Part shown: piece after piece, positions 50,901 through 64,000 of the stretch
Layout of the letters: every line of letters begins with the position of its first letter
Position numbering within the stretch: position 1 is the first letter of the stretch
Assembly (NCBI GenBank): GCA_044892525.1
Contig: CM097885.1
Coordinates: forward strand, 2,482,001-2,546,000
Length of the DNA stretch: 64,000 bases
Reading direction: 5' to 3'
Origin: Schmidtea polychroa
Lineage: Eukaryota
Notes under the pieces: generated by a model
What the model saw: the letters and a program-made list of their open reading frames with translations, nothing else
What the model was told of the DNA's origin: nothing
Databases searched by the model: none
Made by a program: the position numbers and the translations under genes

Positions 50901-53900
50901 CTGCCCATACCTTCCCTATCTGATATCACTGCCCATATCTTCCCTATCTGATATCACTGCCCATATCTTCCCTATCTGATATCGCTGCCCATATCTTCCC
51001 TATCTGATATCACTGCATATCTTCCCTATCTGATATCGCTGCCCATATCTTCCCTATCTGATATCACTGCCAATATCTTCCCTATCTGATATCGCTGCCC
51101 ATATCTTCCCTATCTGACATCACTGCCCATACCTTCCCTATCTGATATCACCGCCCATATCTTCCCTATCTGATATCACTGCCCACATCTTCCCTATCTG
51201 AAATCACTGCATATCTTCCCTATCTGATATCACTGCATATCTTCATTATCTGATATCACTGCCCACATCTTCCCTATCTGATATCACTGCATATCTTCCC
51301 TATCTGATATCACTAGCCTTACCTTCCCTATCTGATATCACTGCATATCTTCCCTATCTGATATCACTGCATATCTTCATTATCTGATATCACTGCCCAT
51401 ATCTTCCCTATCTGACATCACTGCCCATATCTTCTCTATCTGATATCACTGCCCATATCTTCCCTATCTGATATCACTGCCCATATCTTCCCTATCTGAT
51501 ATCGCTGCCCATATCTTCCCTATCTGATATCACTGCATATCTTCCCTATCTGATATCACTGCATATCTTCATTATCTGATATCACTGCCCATATCTTCCC
51601 TATCTGACATCACTGCCCATATCTTCTCTATCTGATATCACTGCCCATATCTTCCCTATCTGATATCACTGCCCATATCTTCCCTATCTGACATCACTGC
51701 CCATATCTTCCCTATCTGACATCACTGCCCATATCTTCCCTATCTGATATCACTGCCCATATCTTCCCTATCTGATATCACTGCCCATATCTTCCCTATC
51801 AGATATCACTGCCCATATATTCCCTATCTGATATCACAGTCCATATCTTCCCTATCTGATATTGCTGCCCATATCTTCCCTATCTGATATCACTGCCCAT
51901 ATCTTCCCTATCTGATATCACTGCCCATATCTTCCCTATCTGATATCGCTGCCATTATCTTCCCTATCTGATATCACTGCATATCTTCCCTATCTCATAT
52001 CGCTGCCCATATCTTCCCTATCTGATATCACTGCCAATATCTTCCCTATCTGATATCGCTGCCCATATCTTCCCTATCTGATATCGCTGCCCATATCTTC
52101 CCTATCTGATATCACTGCCTATATCTTCCCTATCTGATATCACAGCCCTTAATTTCCCTATCTGATATCACTGCCCATATCTTCCCTATCTGATATCACT
52201 GCATATCTTCCCTATCTGATATCGCTGCCCATATCTTCCCTATCTGATATCGCTGCCCATATCTTCCCTATCTGATATCGCTGCCCATATCTTCCCTATC
52301 TGACATCACTGCCCATACCTTCCCTATCTGATATCACTGCCCATATCTTCCATATCTGATATCGCTGCCCATATCTTCCCTATCTGATATCGCTGCCCAT
52401 ATCTTCCCAATCTGATATCACTGCCAATATCTTCCCTATCTGATATCGCTGCCCATATCTTCCCTATCTGACATCACTGCCCATACATTCCCTATCTGAT
52501 ATCACTGCCCATATCTTCCCTATCTGATATCACTGCCCATATCTTCCCTATCTGATATCGCTGCCCATATCTTCCCTATCTGATATCACTGCCAATATCT
52601 TCCCTATCTGATATCGCCTCCCATATCTTCCCTATCTGACATCACTGCCCATACCTTTCCTATCTGATATCACTGCCCATATCTTCCCTATCTGATATCA
52701 CTGCCCATATCTTCCCTATCTGATATCACTGCCCATATCTTCCCTATCTGATATCACTGCATATCTTTATTATCTGATATCACTGCCCATATCTTCCCTA
52801 TCTGATATCGCTGCCCATATCTTCCCAATCTGATATCACTGCATATCTTCCCTATCTGATATCGCTGCCCATATCTTCCCAATCTGATATCACTGCCAAT
52901 ATCTTCCCTATCTGATATCGCTGCCCATATCTTCCCTATCTGACATCACTGCCCATACCTTCCCTATCTGATATCACTGCCCATATCTTCCCTATCTGAT
53001 ATCACTGCCCATATCTTCCCTATCTGATATCGCTGCCCATATCTTCCCTATCTGATATCACTGCCAATATCTTCCCTATCTGATATCGCTGCCCATATCT
53101 TCCCTATCTGACATCACTGCCCATACCTTCCCTATCTGATGTCGCTGCCCATATCTTCCCAATCTGATATCACTGCCAATATCTTCCCTATCTGATATCG
53201 CTGCTCATATCTTCCCTATCTGACATCACTGCCCATACCTTCCCTATCTGATATCACTGCCCATATCTTCCCTATCTGATATCACTGCCCATATCTTCCC
53301 TATCTGATATCGCTGCCCATATCTTCCCTATCTGATATCACTGCATATCTTCCCTATCTGATATCGCTGCCCATATCTTCCCTATCTGATATCACTGCCA
53401 ATATCTTCCCTATCTGATATCGCTGCCCATATCTTCCCTATCTGACATCACTGCCCATACCTTCCCTATCTGATATCACCGCCCATATCTTCCCTATCTG
53501 ATATCACTGCCCACATCTTCCCTATCTGAAATCACTGCATATCTTCCCTATCTGATATCACTGCATATCTTCATTTTCTGATATCACTGCCCACATCTTC
53601 CCTATCTGATATCACTGCATATCTTCCCTATCTGATATCACTAGCCTTACCTTCCCTATCTGATATCACTGCATATCTTCCCTATCTGATATCACTGCAT
53701 ATCTTCATTATCTGATATCACTGCCCATATCTTCCCTATCTGACATCACTGCCCATATCTTCTCTATCTGATATCACTGCCCATATCTTCCCTATCTGAT
53801 ATCACTGCCCATATCTTCCCTATCTGATATCACTGCCCATATCTTCCCTATCTGATATCGCTGCCCATATCTTCCCTATCTGATATCACTGCATATCTTC

Positions 53901-56900
53901 CCTATCTGATATCACTGCATATCTTCATTATCTGATATCACTGCCCATATCTTCCCTATCTGATATCACTGCCCATATCTTCCCTATCTGATATCACTGC
54001 CCATATCTTCCCTATCAGATATCACTGCCCATATCTTCCCTATCTGATATCACAGTCCATATCTTCCCTATCTGATATTGCTGCCCATATCTTCCCTATC
54101 TGATATCACTGCCCATATCTTCCCTATCTGATATCACTGCCCATATCTTCCCTATCTGATATCGCTGCCATTATCTTCCCTATCTGATATCACTGCATAT
54201 CTTCCCTATCTCATATCGCTGCCCATATCTTCCCTATCTGATATCACTGCCAATATCTTCCCTATCTGATATCGCTGCCCATATCTTCCCTATCTGATAT
54301 CGCTGCCCATATCTTCCCTATCTGATATCACTGCCTATATCTTCCCTATCTGATATCACAGCCCTTAATTTCCCTATCTGATATCACTGCCCATATCTTC
54401 CCTATCTGATATCACTGCATATCTTCCCTATCTGATATCGCTGCCCATATCTTCCCTATCTGATATCGCTGCCCATATCTTCCCTATCTGATATCGCTGC
54501 CCATATCTTCCCTATCTGACATCACTGCCCATACCTTCCCTATCTGATATCACTGCCCATATCTTCCATATCTGATATCGCTGCCCATATCTTCCCTATC
54601 TGATATCGCTGCCCATATCTTCCCAATCTGATATCACTGCCAATATCTTCCCTATCTGATATCGCTGCCCATATCTTCCCTATCTGACATCACTGCCCAT
54701 ACCTTCCCTATCTGATATCACTGCCCATATCTTCCCTATCTGATATCACTGCCCATATCTTCCCTATCTAATATCGCTGCCCATATCTTCCCTATCTGAT
54801 ATCACTGCCAATATCTTCCCTATCTGATATCGCCTCCCATATCTTCCCTATCTGACATCACTGCCCATACCTTCCCTATCTGATATCACTGCCCATATCT
54901 TCCCTATCTGATATCACTGCCCATATCTTCCCTATCTGATATCACTGCCCATATCTTCCCTATCTGATATCACTGCATATCTTCATTATCTGATATCACT
55001 GCCCATATCTTCCCTATCTGATATCACTGCCCATATCTTCCCTATCTGATATCACTGCCAATATCTTCCCTATCTGATATCGCTGCCCATATCTTCCCTA
55101 TCTGACATCACTGCCCATACCTTCCCTATCTGATATCACTGCCTATATCTTCCCTATCTGATATCACTGCCCATATCTTCCCTATCTGATATCGCTGCCC
55201 ATATCTTCCCTATCTGATATCACTGCATATCTTCCCTATCTGATATCGCTGCCCATATCTTCCCTATCTGATATCACTGCCAATATCTTCCCTATCTGAT
55301 ATCGCTGCCCATATCTTCCCTATCTGACATCACTGCCCATACCTTCTCTATCTGATATCACCGCCCATATCTTCCCTATCTGATATCACTGCCCACATCT
55401 TCCCTATCTGATATCACTGCATATCTTCCCTATCTGATATCACTAGCCTTACCTTCCCTATCTGATATCACTGCCCATATCTTCCCTATCTGATATCACT
55501 GCATATCTTCCCTATCTGATATCACTGCATATCTTCATTATCTGATATCACTGCCCCATATCTTCCCTATCTGACATCACTGCCCATATCTTCCCTATCT
55601 GATATCACTGCCCATATCTTCCCTATCTGATATCACTGCCCATGTCTTCCCTATCTGATATCACTGTCCATATCTTCCCTATCTGATATCATTGCCCATA
55701 TCTTCCCTATCTGATATCACTGCATATCTTCATTATCTGATATCACTGCCCATATCTTCCCTATCTGATATCACTGCCCATATCTTCCCTATCAGATATC
55801 ACTGCCCATATCTTCCCTATCTAATAAACAGTCCATATCTTCCCTATCTGATATTGCTGCCCATATCTTCCCTATCTGATATCACTGCCCATATCTTCCC
55901 TATCTGATATCACTGCCCATATCTTCCCTATCTGATATCGCTGCCATTATCTTCCCTATCTGATATCACTGCATATCTTCCCTATCTCATATCGCTGCCC
56001 ATATCTTCCCTATCTGATATCACTGCCAATATCTTCCCTATCTGATATCGCTGCCCATATCTTCCCTATCTGATATCGCTGCCCATATCTTCCCTATCTG
56101 ATATCACTGCCTATATCTTCCCTATCTGATATCACAGCCCTTAATTTCCCTATCTGATATCACTGCCCATATCTTCCCTATCTGATATCACTGCATATCT
56201 TTCCTATCTGATATCACTGCCCATATCTTCCCTATCTGATATCGCTGCCCATATCTTCCCTATCTTATATCGCTGCCCATATCTTCCCTATCTGATATCG
56301 CTGCCCATATCTTCCCTATCTGACATCACTGCCCATACCTTCCCTATCTGATATCACTGCCCATATCTTCCATATCTGATATCGCTGCCCATATCTTCCC
56401 TATCTGATATCGCTGCCCATATCTTCCCAATCTGATATCACTGCATATCTTCCCTATCTGATATCGCTGCCCATATCTTCCCAATCTGATATCACTGCCA
56501 ATATCTTCCCTATCTGATATCGCTGCCCATATCTTCCCTATCTGACATCACTGCCCATACCTTCCCTATCTGATATCACTGCCCATATCTTCCCTATCTG
56601 ATATCACTGCCCATATCTTCCCTATCTGATATCACTGCCAATATCTTCCCTATCTGATATCGCTGCCCATATCTTCCCTATCTGACATCACTGCCCATAC
56701 CTTCCCTATCTGATATCACTGCCCATATCTTCCCTATCTGATATCACTGCCCATATCTTCCCTATCTGATATCACTGCCCACATCTTCCCTATCTGATAT
56801 CACTGCCCATATCTTCCCTATCTGATATCACTGCCCATATCTTCCCTATCTGATATCACTGCCCATATCTTCCCTATCTGATATCACTGCATATCTTCCC

Positions 56901-59900
56901 TATCTGATATCACTGCATATCTTCATTATCTGATATCACTGCCCATATCTTCCCTATCTGATATCACTGCCCATATCTTCCCTATCTGATATCGCTGCCC
57001 ATATCTTCCCTATCTGATATCACTGCATATCTTTCCTATCTGATATCGCTGCCCATATCTTCCCTATCTGATATCACTGCCAATATCTTCCCTATCTGAT
57101 ATCGCTGCCCATATCTTCCCTATCTGACATCACTGCCCATACCTTCCCTATCTGATATCACTGCCCATATCTTCCCTATCTGATATCACTGCCCATATCT
57201 TCCCTATCTGATATCACTGCCCACATCTTCCCTATCTGATATCACTGCCCATATCTTCCCTATTTGATATCACTGCCCATATCTTCCCTATCTGACATCA
57301 CTGCCCATATCTTCCCTATCTGATATCACTGCATATCTTCCCTATCTGATATCACTAGCCTTACCTTCCCTATCTGATATCACTGCCCATATCTTCCCTA
57401 TCTGATATCACTGTCCATATCTTCCCTATCTGATATCACTGCATATCTTCCCTATCTGATATCACTGCATATCTTCATTATCTGATATCACTGCCCATAT
57501 CTTCCCTATCTGATATCGCTGCCCATATCTTCCCTATCTGATATCACTGTCCATATCTTCCCTATCTGATATCACTGCATATCTTCCCTATCTGATATCA
57601 CTGCATATCTTCCCTATCTGATATCGCTGCCCATATCTTCCCTATCTGATATCACTGCATATCTTCATTATCTGATATCACTGCCCATATCTTCCCTATC
57701 TGACATCACTGCCCATATCTTCCCTATCTGATATCACTGCATATCTTCCCTATCTGATATCACTAGCCTTACCTTCCCTATCTGATATCACTGCCCATAT
57801 CTTCCCTATCTGATATCACTGTCCATATCTTCCCTATCTGATATCACTGCATATCTTCCCTATCTGATATCACTGCATATCTTCATTATCTGATATCACT
57901 GCCCATATCTTCCCTATCTGATATCGCTGCCCATATCTTCCCTATCTGATATCACTGTCCATATCTTCCCTATCTGATATCACTGCATATCTTCCCTATC
58001 TGATATCACTGCATATCTTCCCTATCTGATATCACTGCCCATATCTTCCCTATCTGATATCACTGCATATCTTCCCTATCTGATATCACTGCATATCTTC
58101 ATTATCTGATATCACTGCCCATATCTTCCCTATCTGACATCACTGCCCATATCTTCCCTATCTGATATCACTGCCCATATCTTCCCTATCTGATATCACT
58201 GCCCATATCTTCCCTATCTGATATCACTGTCCATATCTTCCCTATCTGATATCACTGCCCACATCTTCCCTATCTGATATCACTGCATATCTTCCCTATC
58301 TGATATCACTGCATATCTTCATTATCTGATATCACTGCCCACATCTTCCCTATCTGATTTCACTGCATATCTTCCCTATCTGATATCACTAGCCTTACCT
58401 TCCCTATCTGATATCACTGCCCATATCTTCCCTATCTGATATCACTGCCCATATCTTCCCTATCTGATATCGCTGCTCATATCTTCCCAATCTGATATCA
58501 CTGCCAATATCTTCCCTATCTGATATCGCTGCCCATATCTTCCCTATCTGACATCACTGCCCATACCTTCCCTATCTGATATCACTGCCCATATCTTCCC
58601 TATCTGATATCACTGCCCATATCTTCACTATCTGATATCGCTGCCCATATCTTCCCTATCTGATATCACTGCATATCTTCTCTATCTGATATCGCTGCCC
58701 ATATCTTCCCTATCTGATATCGCTGCCCATATCTTCCCTATCTGACATCACTGCCCATACCTTCCCTATCTGATATCACCGCCCATATCTTCCCTATCTG
58801 ATATCACTGCCCACATCTTCCCTATCTGATATCACTGCATATCTTCCCTATCTGATATTACTAGCCTTACCTTCCCTATCTGATATCGCTGCCCATATCT
58901 TCCCAATCTGATATCACTGCCAATATCTTCCCTATCTGATATCGCTGCCCATATCTTCCCTATCTGATATCACTGCATATCTTCCCTATCTGATATCACT
59001 GCATATCTTCCCTATCTGATATCACTGCATATCTTCATTATCTGATATCACTGCCCACATCTTCCCTATCTGATATCACTGCATATCTTCCCTATCTGAT
59101 ATCGCTGCCCATATCTTCCCTATCTGATATCACTAGCCTTAACTTCCCTATCTGATATCACTGCCCATATCTTCCCTATCTGATATCACGGCATATCTTC
59201 CCTATCTGATATCACTGCATATCTTCATTATCTGATATCACTGCCCATATCTTCCCTATCTGATATCGCTGCCCATATCTTCCCTATCTGATATCACTGT
59301 CCATATCTTCCCTATCTGATATCACGGCATATCTTCCCTATCTGATATCACTGCATATCTTCATTATCTGATATCACTGCCCATATCTTCCCTATCTGAT
59401 ATCGCTGCCCATATCTTCCCTATCTGATATCGCTGCCCATATCTTCCCTATCTGATATCACTGCATATCTTCCCTATCTGATATCACGGCATATCTTCCC
59501 TATCTGATATCACTGCATATCTTCATTATCCGATATCACTGCCCATATCTTCCCTATCTGATATCGCTGCCCATATCTTCCCTATCTGATATCGCTGCCC
59601 ATATCTTCCCTATCTGATATCACTGCATATCTTCCCTATCTGATATCACTGCATATCTTCCCTATCTGATATCACTGCATATCTTCATTATCTGATATCA
59701 CTGCCCATATCTTCCCTATCTGACATCACTGCCCATATCTTCTCTATCTGATATCACTGCCCATATCTTCCCTATCTGATATCACTGCCCATATCTTCCC
59801 TATCTGATATCACTGTCCATATCTTCCCTATCTGATATCACTGCCCACATCTTCCCTATCTGATATCACTGCATATCTTCCCTATCTGATATCACTAGCC

Positions 59901-62900
59901 TTACCTTCCCTATCTGATATCACTAGCCTTACCTTCCCTATCTGATATCACTGCATATCTTCCCTATCTGATATCACTGCATATCTTCATTATCTGATAT
60001 CACTGCCCATATCTTCCCTATCTGATATCGCTGCCCATATCTTCCCTATCTGATATCACTGTCCATATCTTCCCTATCTGATATCACTGCATATCTTCCC
60101 TATCTGATATCGCTGCCCATATCTTCGCTATCTGATATCACTGCATATCTTCATTATCTGATATCACTGCCCATATCTTCCCTATCTGACATCACTGCCC
60201 ATATCTTCCCTATCTGATATCACTGCATATCTTCCCTATCTGATATCACTAGCCTTACCTTCCCTATCTGATATCACTGCCCATATCTTCCCTATCTGAT
60301 ATCACTGTCCATATCTTCCCTATCTGATATCACTGCATATCTTCCCTATCTGATATCACTGCATATCTTCATTATCTGATATCACTGCCCATATCTTCCC
60401 TATCTGATATCGCTGCCCATATCTTCCCTATCTGATATCACTGTCCATATCTTCCCTATCTGATATCACTGCATATCTTCCCTATCTGATATCACTGCAT
60501 ATCTTCCCTATCTGATATCACTGCCCATATCTTCCCTATCTGATATCACTGCATATCTTCCCTATCTGATATCACTGCATATCTTCATTATCTGATATCA
60601 CTGCCCATATCTTCCCTATCTGACATCACTGCCCATATCTTCCCTATCTGATATCACTGCCCATATCTTCCCTATCTGATATCACTGCCCATATCTTCCC
60701 TATCTGATATCACTGTCCATATCTTACCTATCTGATATCACTGCCCACATCTTCCCTATCTGATATCACTGCATATCTTCCCTATCTGATATCACTGCAT
60801 ATCTTCATTATCTGATATCACTGCCCACATCTTCCCTATCTGATTTCACTGCATATCTTCCCTATCTGATATCACTAGCCTTACCTTCCCTATCTGATAT
60901 CACTGCCCATATCTTCCCTATCTGATATCACTGCCCATATCTTCCCTATCTGATATCGCTGCTCATATCTTCCCAATCTGATATCACTGCCAATATCTTC
61001 CCTATCTGATATCGCTGCCCATATCTTCCCTATCTGACATCACTGCCCATACCTTCCCTATCTGATATCACTGCCCATATCTTCCCTATCTGATATCACT
61101 GCCCATATCTTCACTATCTGATATCGCTGCCCATATCTTCCCTATCTGATATCACTGCATATCTTCTCTATCTGATATCGCTGCCCATATCTTCCCTATC
61201 TGATATCACTGCCAATATCTTCCCTATCTGATATCGCTGCCCATATCTTCCCTATCTGACATCACTGCCCATACCTTCCCTATCTGATATCACCGCCCAT
61301 ATCTTCCCTATCTGATATCACTGCCCACATCTTCCCTATCTGATATCACTGCATATCTTCCCTATCTGATATCACTAGCCTTACCTTCCCTATCTGATAT
61401 CGCTGCCCATATCTTCCCAATCTGATATCACTGCCAATATCTTCCCTATCTGATATCGCTGCCCATATCTTTCCTATCTGATATCACTGCATATCTTCCC
61501 TATCTGATATCACTGCATATCTTCCCTATCTGATATCACTGCATATCTTCATTATCTGATATCACTGCCCACATCTTCCCTATCTGATATCACTGCATAT
61601 CTTCCCTATCTGATATCGCTGCCCATATCTTCCCTATCTGATATCACTAGCCTTAACTTCCCTATCTGATATCACTGCCCATATCTTCCCTATCTGATAT
61701 CACGGCATATCTTCCCTATCTGATATCACTGCATATCTTCATTATCTGATATCACTGCCCATATCTTCCCTATCTGATATCGCTGCCCATATCTTCCCTA
61801 TCTGATATCACTGTCCATATCTTCCCTATCTGATATCACGGCATATCTTCCCTATCTGATATCACTGCATATCTTCATTATCTGATATCACTGCCCATAT
61901 CTTCCCTATCTGATATCGCTGCCCATATCTTCCCTATCTGATATCGCTGCCCATATCTTCCCTATCTGATATCACTGCATATCTTCCCTATCTGATATCA
62001 CTGCATATCTTCCCTATCTGATATCACTGCATATCTTCATTATCTGATATCACTGCCCATATCTTCCCTATCTGACATCACTGCCCATATCTTCTCTATC
62101 TGATATCACTGCCCATATCTTCCCTATCTGATATCACTGCCCATATCTTCCCTATCTGATATCACTGTCCATATCTTCCCTATCTGATATCACTGCCCAC
62201 ATCTTCCCTATCTGATATCACTGCATATCTTCCCTATCTGATATCACTAGCCTTACCTTCCCTATCTGATATCACTAGCCTTACCTTCCCTATCTGATCT
62301 CGCTGCCCATATCTTCCCAATCTGATATCACTGCATATCTTCCCTATCTGATATCACTGCATATCTTCATTATCTGATATCACTGCCCACATCTTCCCTA
62401 TCTGATATCACTGCATATCTTCCCTATCTGATATCACTAGCCTTACCTTCCCTATCTGATATCACTGCCCATATCTTCCCTATCTGATATCACTGTCCAT
62501 ATCTTCCCTATCTGATATCACTGCATACCTTCCCTATCTGATATCACTGCCCATATCTTCCCTATCTGATATCACTGCCAATATCTTCCCTATCTGATAT
62601 CGCTGCCCATATCTTCCCTATCTGACATCACTGCCCATACCTTCCCTATCTGATATCACTGCATATCTTCCCTATCTGATATCACTGCATATCTTCATTA
62701 TCTGATATCACTGCCCATATCTTCCCTATCTGACATCACTGCCCATATCTTCCCTATCTGATATCACTGCCCATATCTTCCCTATCTGATATCACTGCCC
62801 ATATCTTCCCTATCTGATATCACTGTCCATATCTTCCCTATCTGATATCACTGCATATCTTCCCTATCTGATATCACTGCATATCTTCATTATCTGATAT

Positions 62901-64000
62901 CACTGCCCACATCTTCCCTATCTGATATCACTGCATATCTTCCCTATCTGATATCACTAGCCTTACCTTCCCTATCTGATATCACTGCCCATATCTTCCC
63001 TATCTGATATCACTGCCCATATCTTCCCTATCTGATATCGCTGCATATCTTCCCTATCTGATATCACTGCATATCTTCATTATCTGATATCACTGCCCAT
63101 ATCTTCCCTATCTGATATCACTGTCCATATCTTCCCTATCTGATATCACTGCCCACATCTTCCCTATCTGATATCACTGCATATCTTCCCTATCTGATAT
63201 CACTAGCCTTACCTTCCCTATCTGATATCGCTGCCCATATCTTCCCAATCTGATATCACTGCATATCTTCCCTATCTGATATCACTGCATATCTTCATTA
63301 TCTGATATCACTGCCCACATCTTCCCTATCTGATATCACTGCATATCTTCCCTATCTGATATCACTAGCCTTACCTTCCCTATCTGATATCACTGCCCAT
63401 ATCTTCCCTATCTGATATCACTGTCCATATCTTCCCTATCTGATATCACTGCATACCTTCCCTATCTGATATCACTGCCCATATCTTCCCTATCTGATAT
63501 CACTGCCCATATCTTCCCTATCTGATATCGCTGCCCATATCTTCCCTATCTGATATCACTGCATATCTTCCCTATCTGATATCGCTGCCCATATCTTCCC
63601 TATCTGATATCACTGCCAATATCTTCCCTATCTGATATCGCTGCCCATATCTTCCCTATTTGACATCACTGCCCATACCTTCCCTATCTGATATCACTGC
63701 ATATCTTCCCTATCTGATATCACTGCATATCTTCATTATCTGATATCACTGCCCATATCTTCCCTATCTGACATCACTGCCCATATCTTCCCTATCTGAT
63801 ATCACTGCCCATATCTTCCCTATCTGATATCACTGCCCATATCTTCCCTATCTGATATCACTGTCCATATCTTCCCTATCTGATATCACTGCATATCTTC
63901 CCTATCTGATATCACTGCATATCTTCATTATCTGATATCACTGCCCACATCTTCCCTATCTGATATCACTGCATATCTTCCCTATCTGATATCACTAGCC
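35901..64000. repeat. Satellite DNA array, 28-bp monomer CTATCTGATATCACTGCCCATATCTTCC (with 26-bp variants), >28 kb, running off the window end
   Basis: Uninterrupted head-to-tail array of about 1000 monomers in one orientation, with recurrent variant monomers. Confidence 0.99.

Noticed and set aside
55692..55907. 71-aa ORF inside the satellite
   Set aside because: Chance stop-free translation of repeat monomers.
35901..64000. CRISPR-like array of 28-bp repeats
   Set aside because: Monomers are directly adjacent with no unique spacers, there are no cas genes, and the context is eukaryotic. It is satellite DNA.

Overview
AT-rich eukaryotic (animal) genomic DNA with mostly 41-55 bp GT-AG introns. 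A flatworm/planarian-like host is plausible but is inference only. Positions 1-11.4 kb are decayed mobile DNA. First come tandem-repeat tracts. Next is a collapsed Polinton/Maverick remnant (core-like gene, integrase-chromodomain, penton and pPolB fragments) with two nested solo LTRs. Last is a minus-strand Ty3/Gypsy pol followed by an env-like membrane ORF and a tightly packed small-ORF cassette that includes a REXO4/ISG20-like DEDDh exonuclease. Positions 12.8-22.5 kb hold three intact host genes: a TRAF-family gene, mitochondrial acyl carrier protein (NDUFAB1-like) and CSDE1/UNR. Positions 22.9-32.6 kb hold a local duplication (CSDE1 pseudo-exon plus flank), a hAT-type element containing a near-complete 4.9 kb Gypsy element, and a piggyBac-type MITE. 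At 34.0-35.6 kb is a gene with a 17-aa coding repeat and a coiled-coil tail. From 35.9 kb to the window end runs a >28 kb array of a 28-bp satellite with layered higher-order repeats. All calls come from reading the sequence by eye; no database searches were run.
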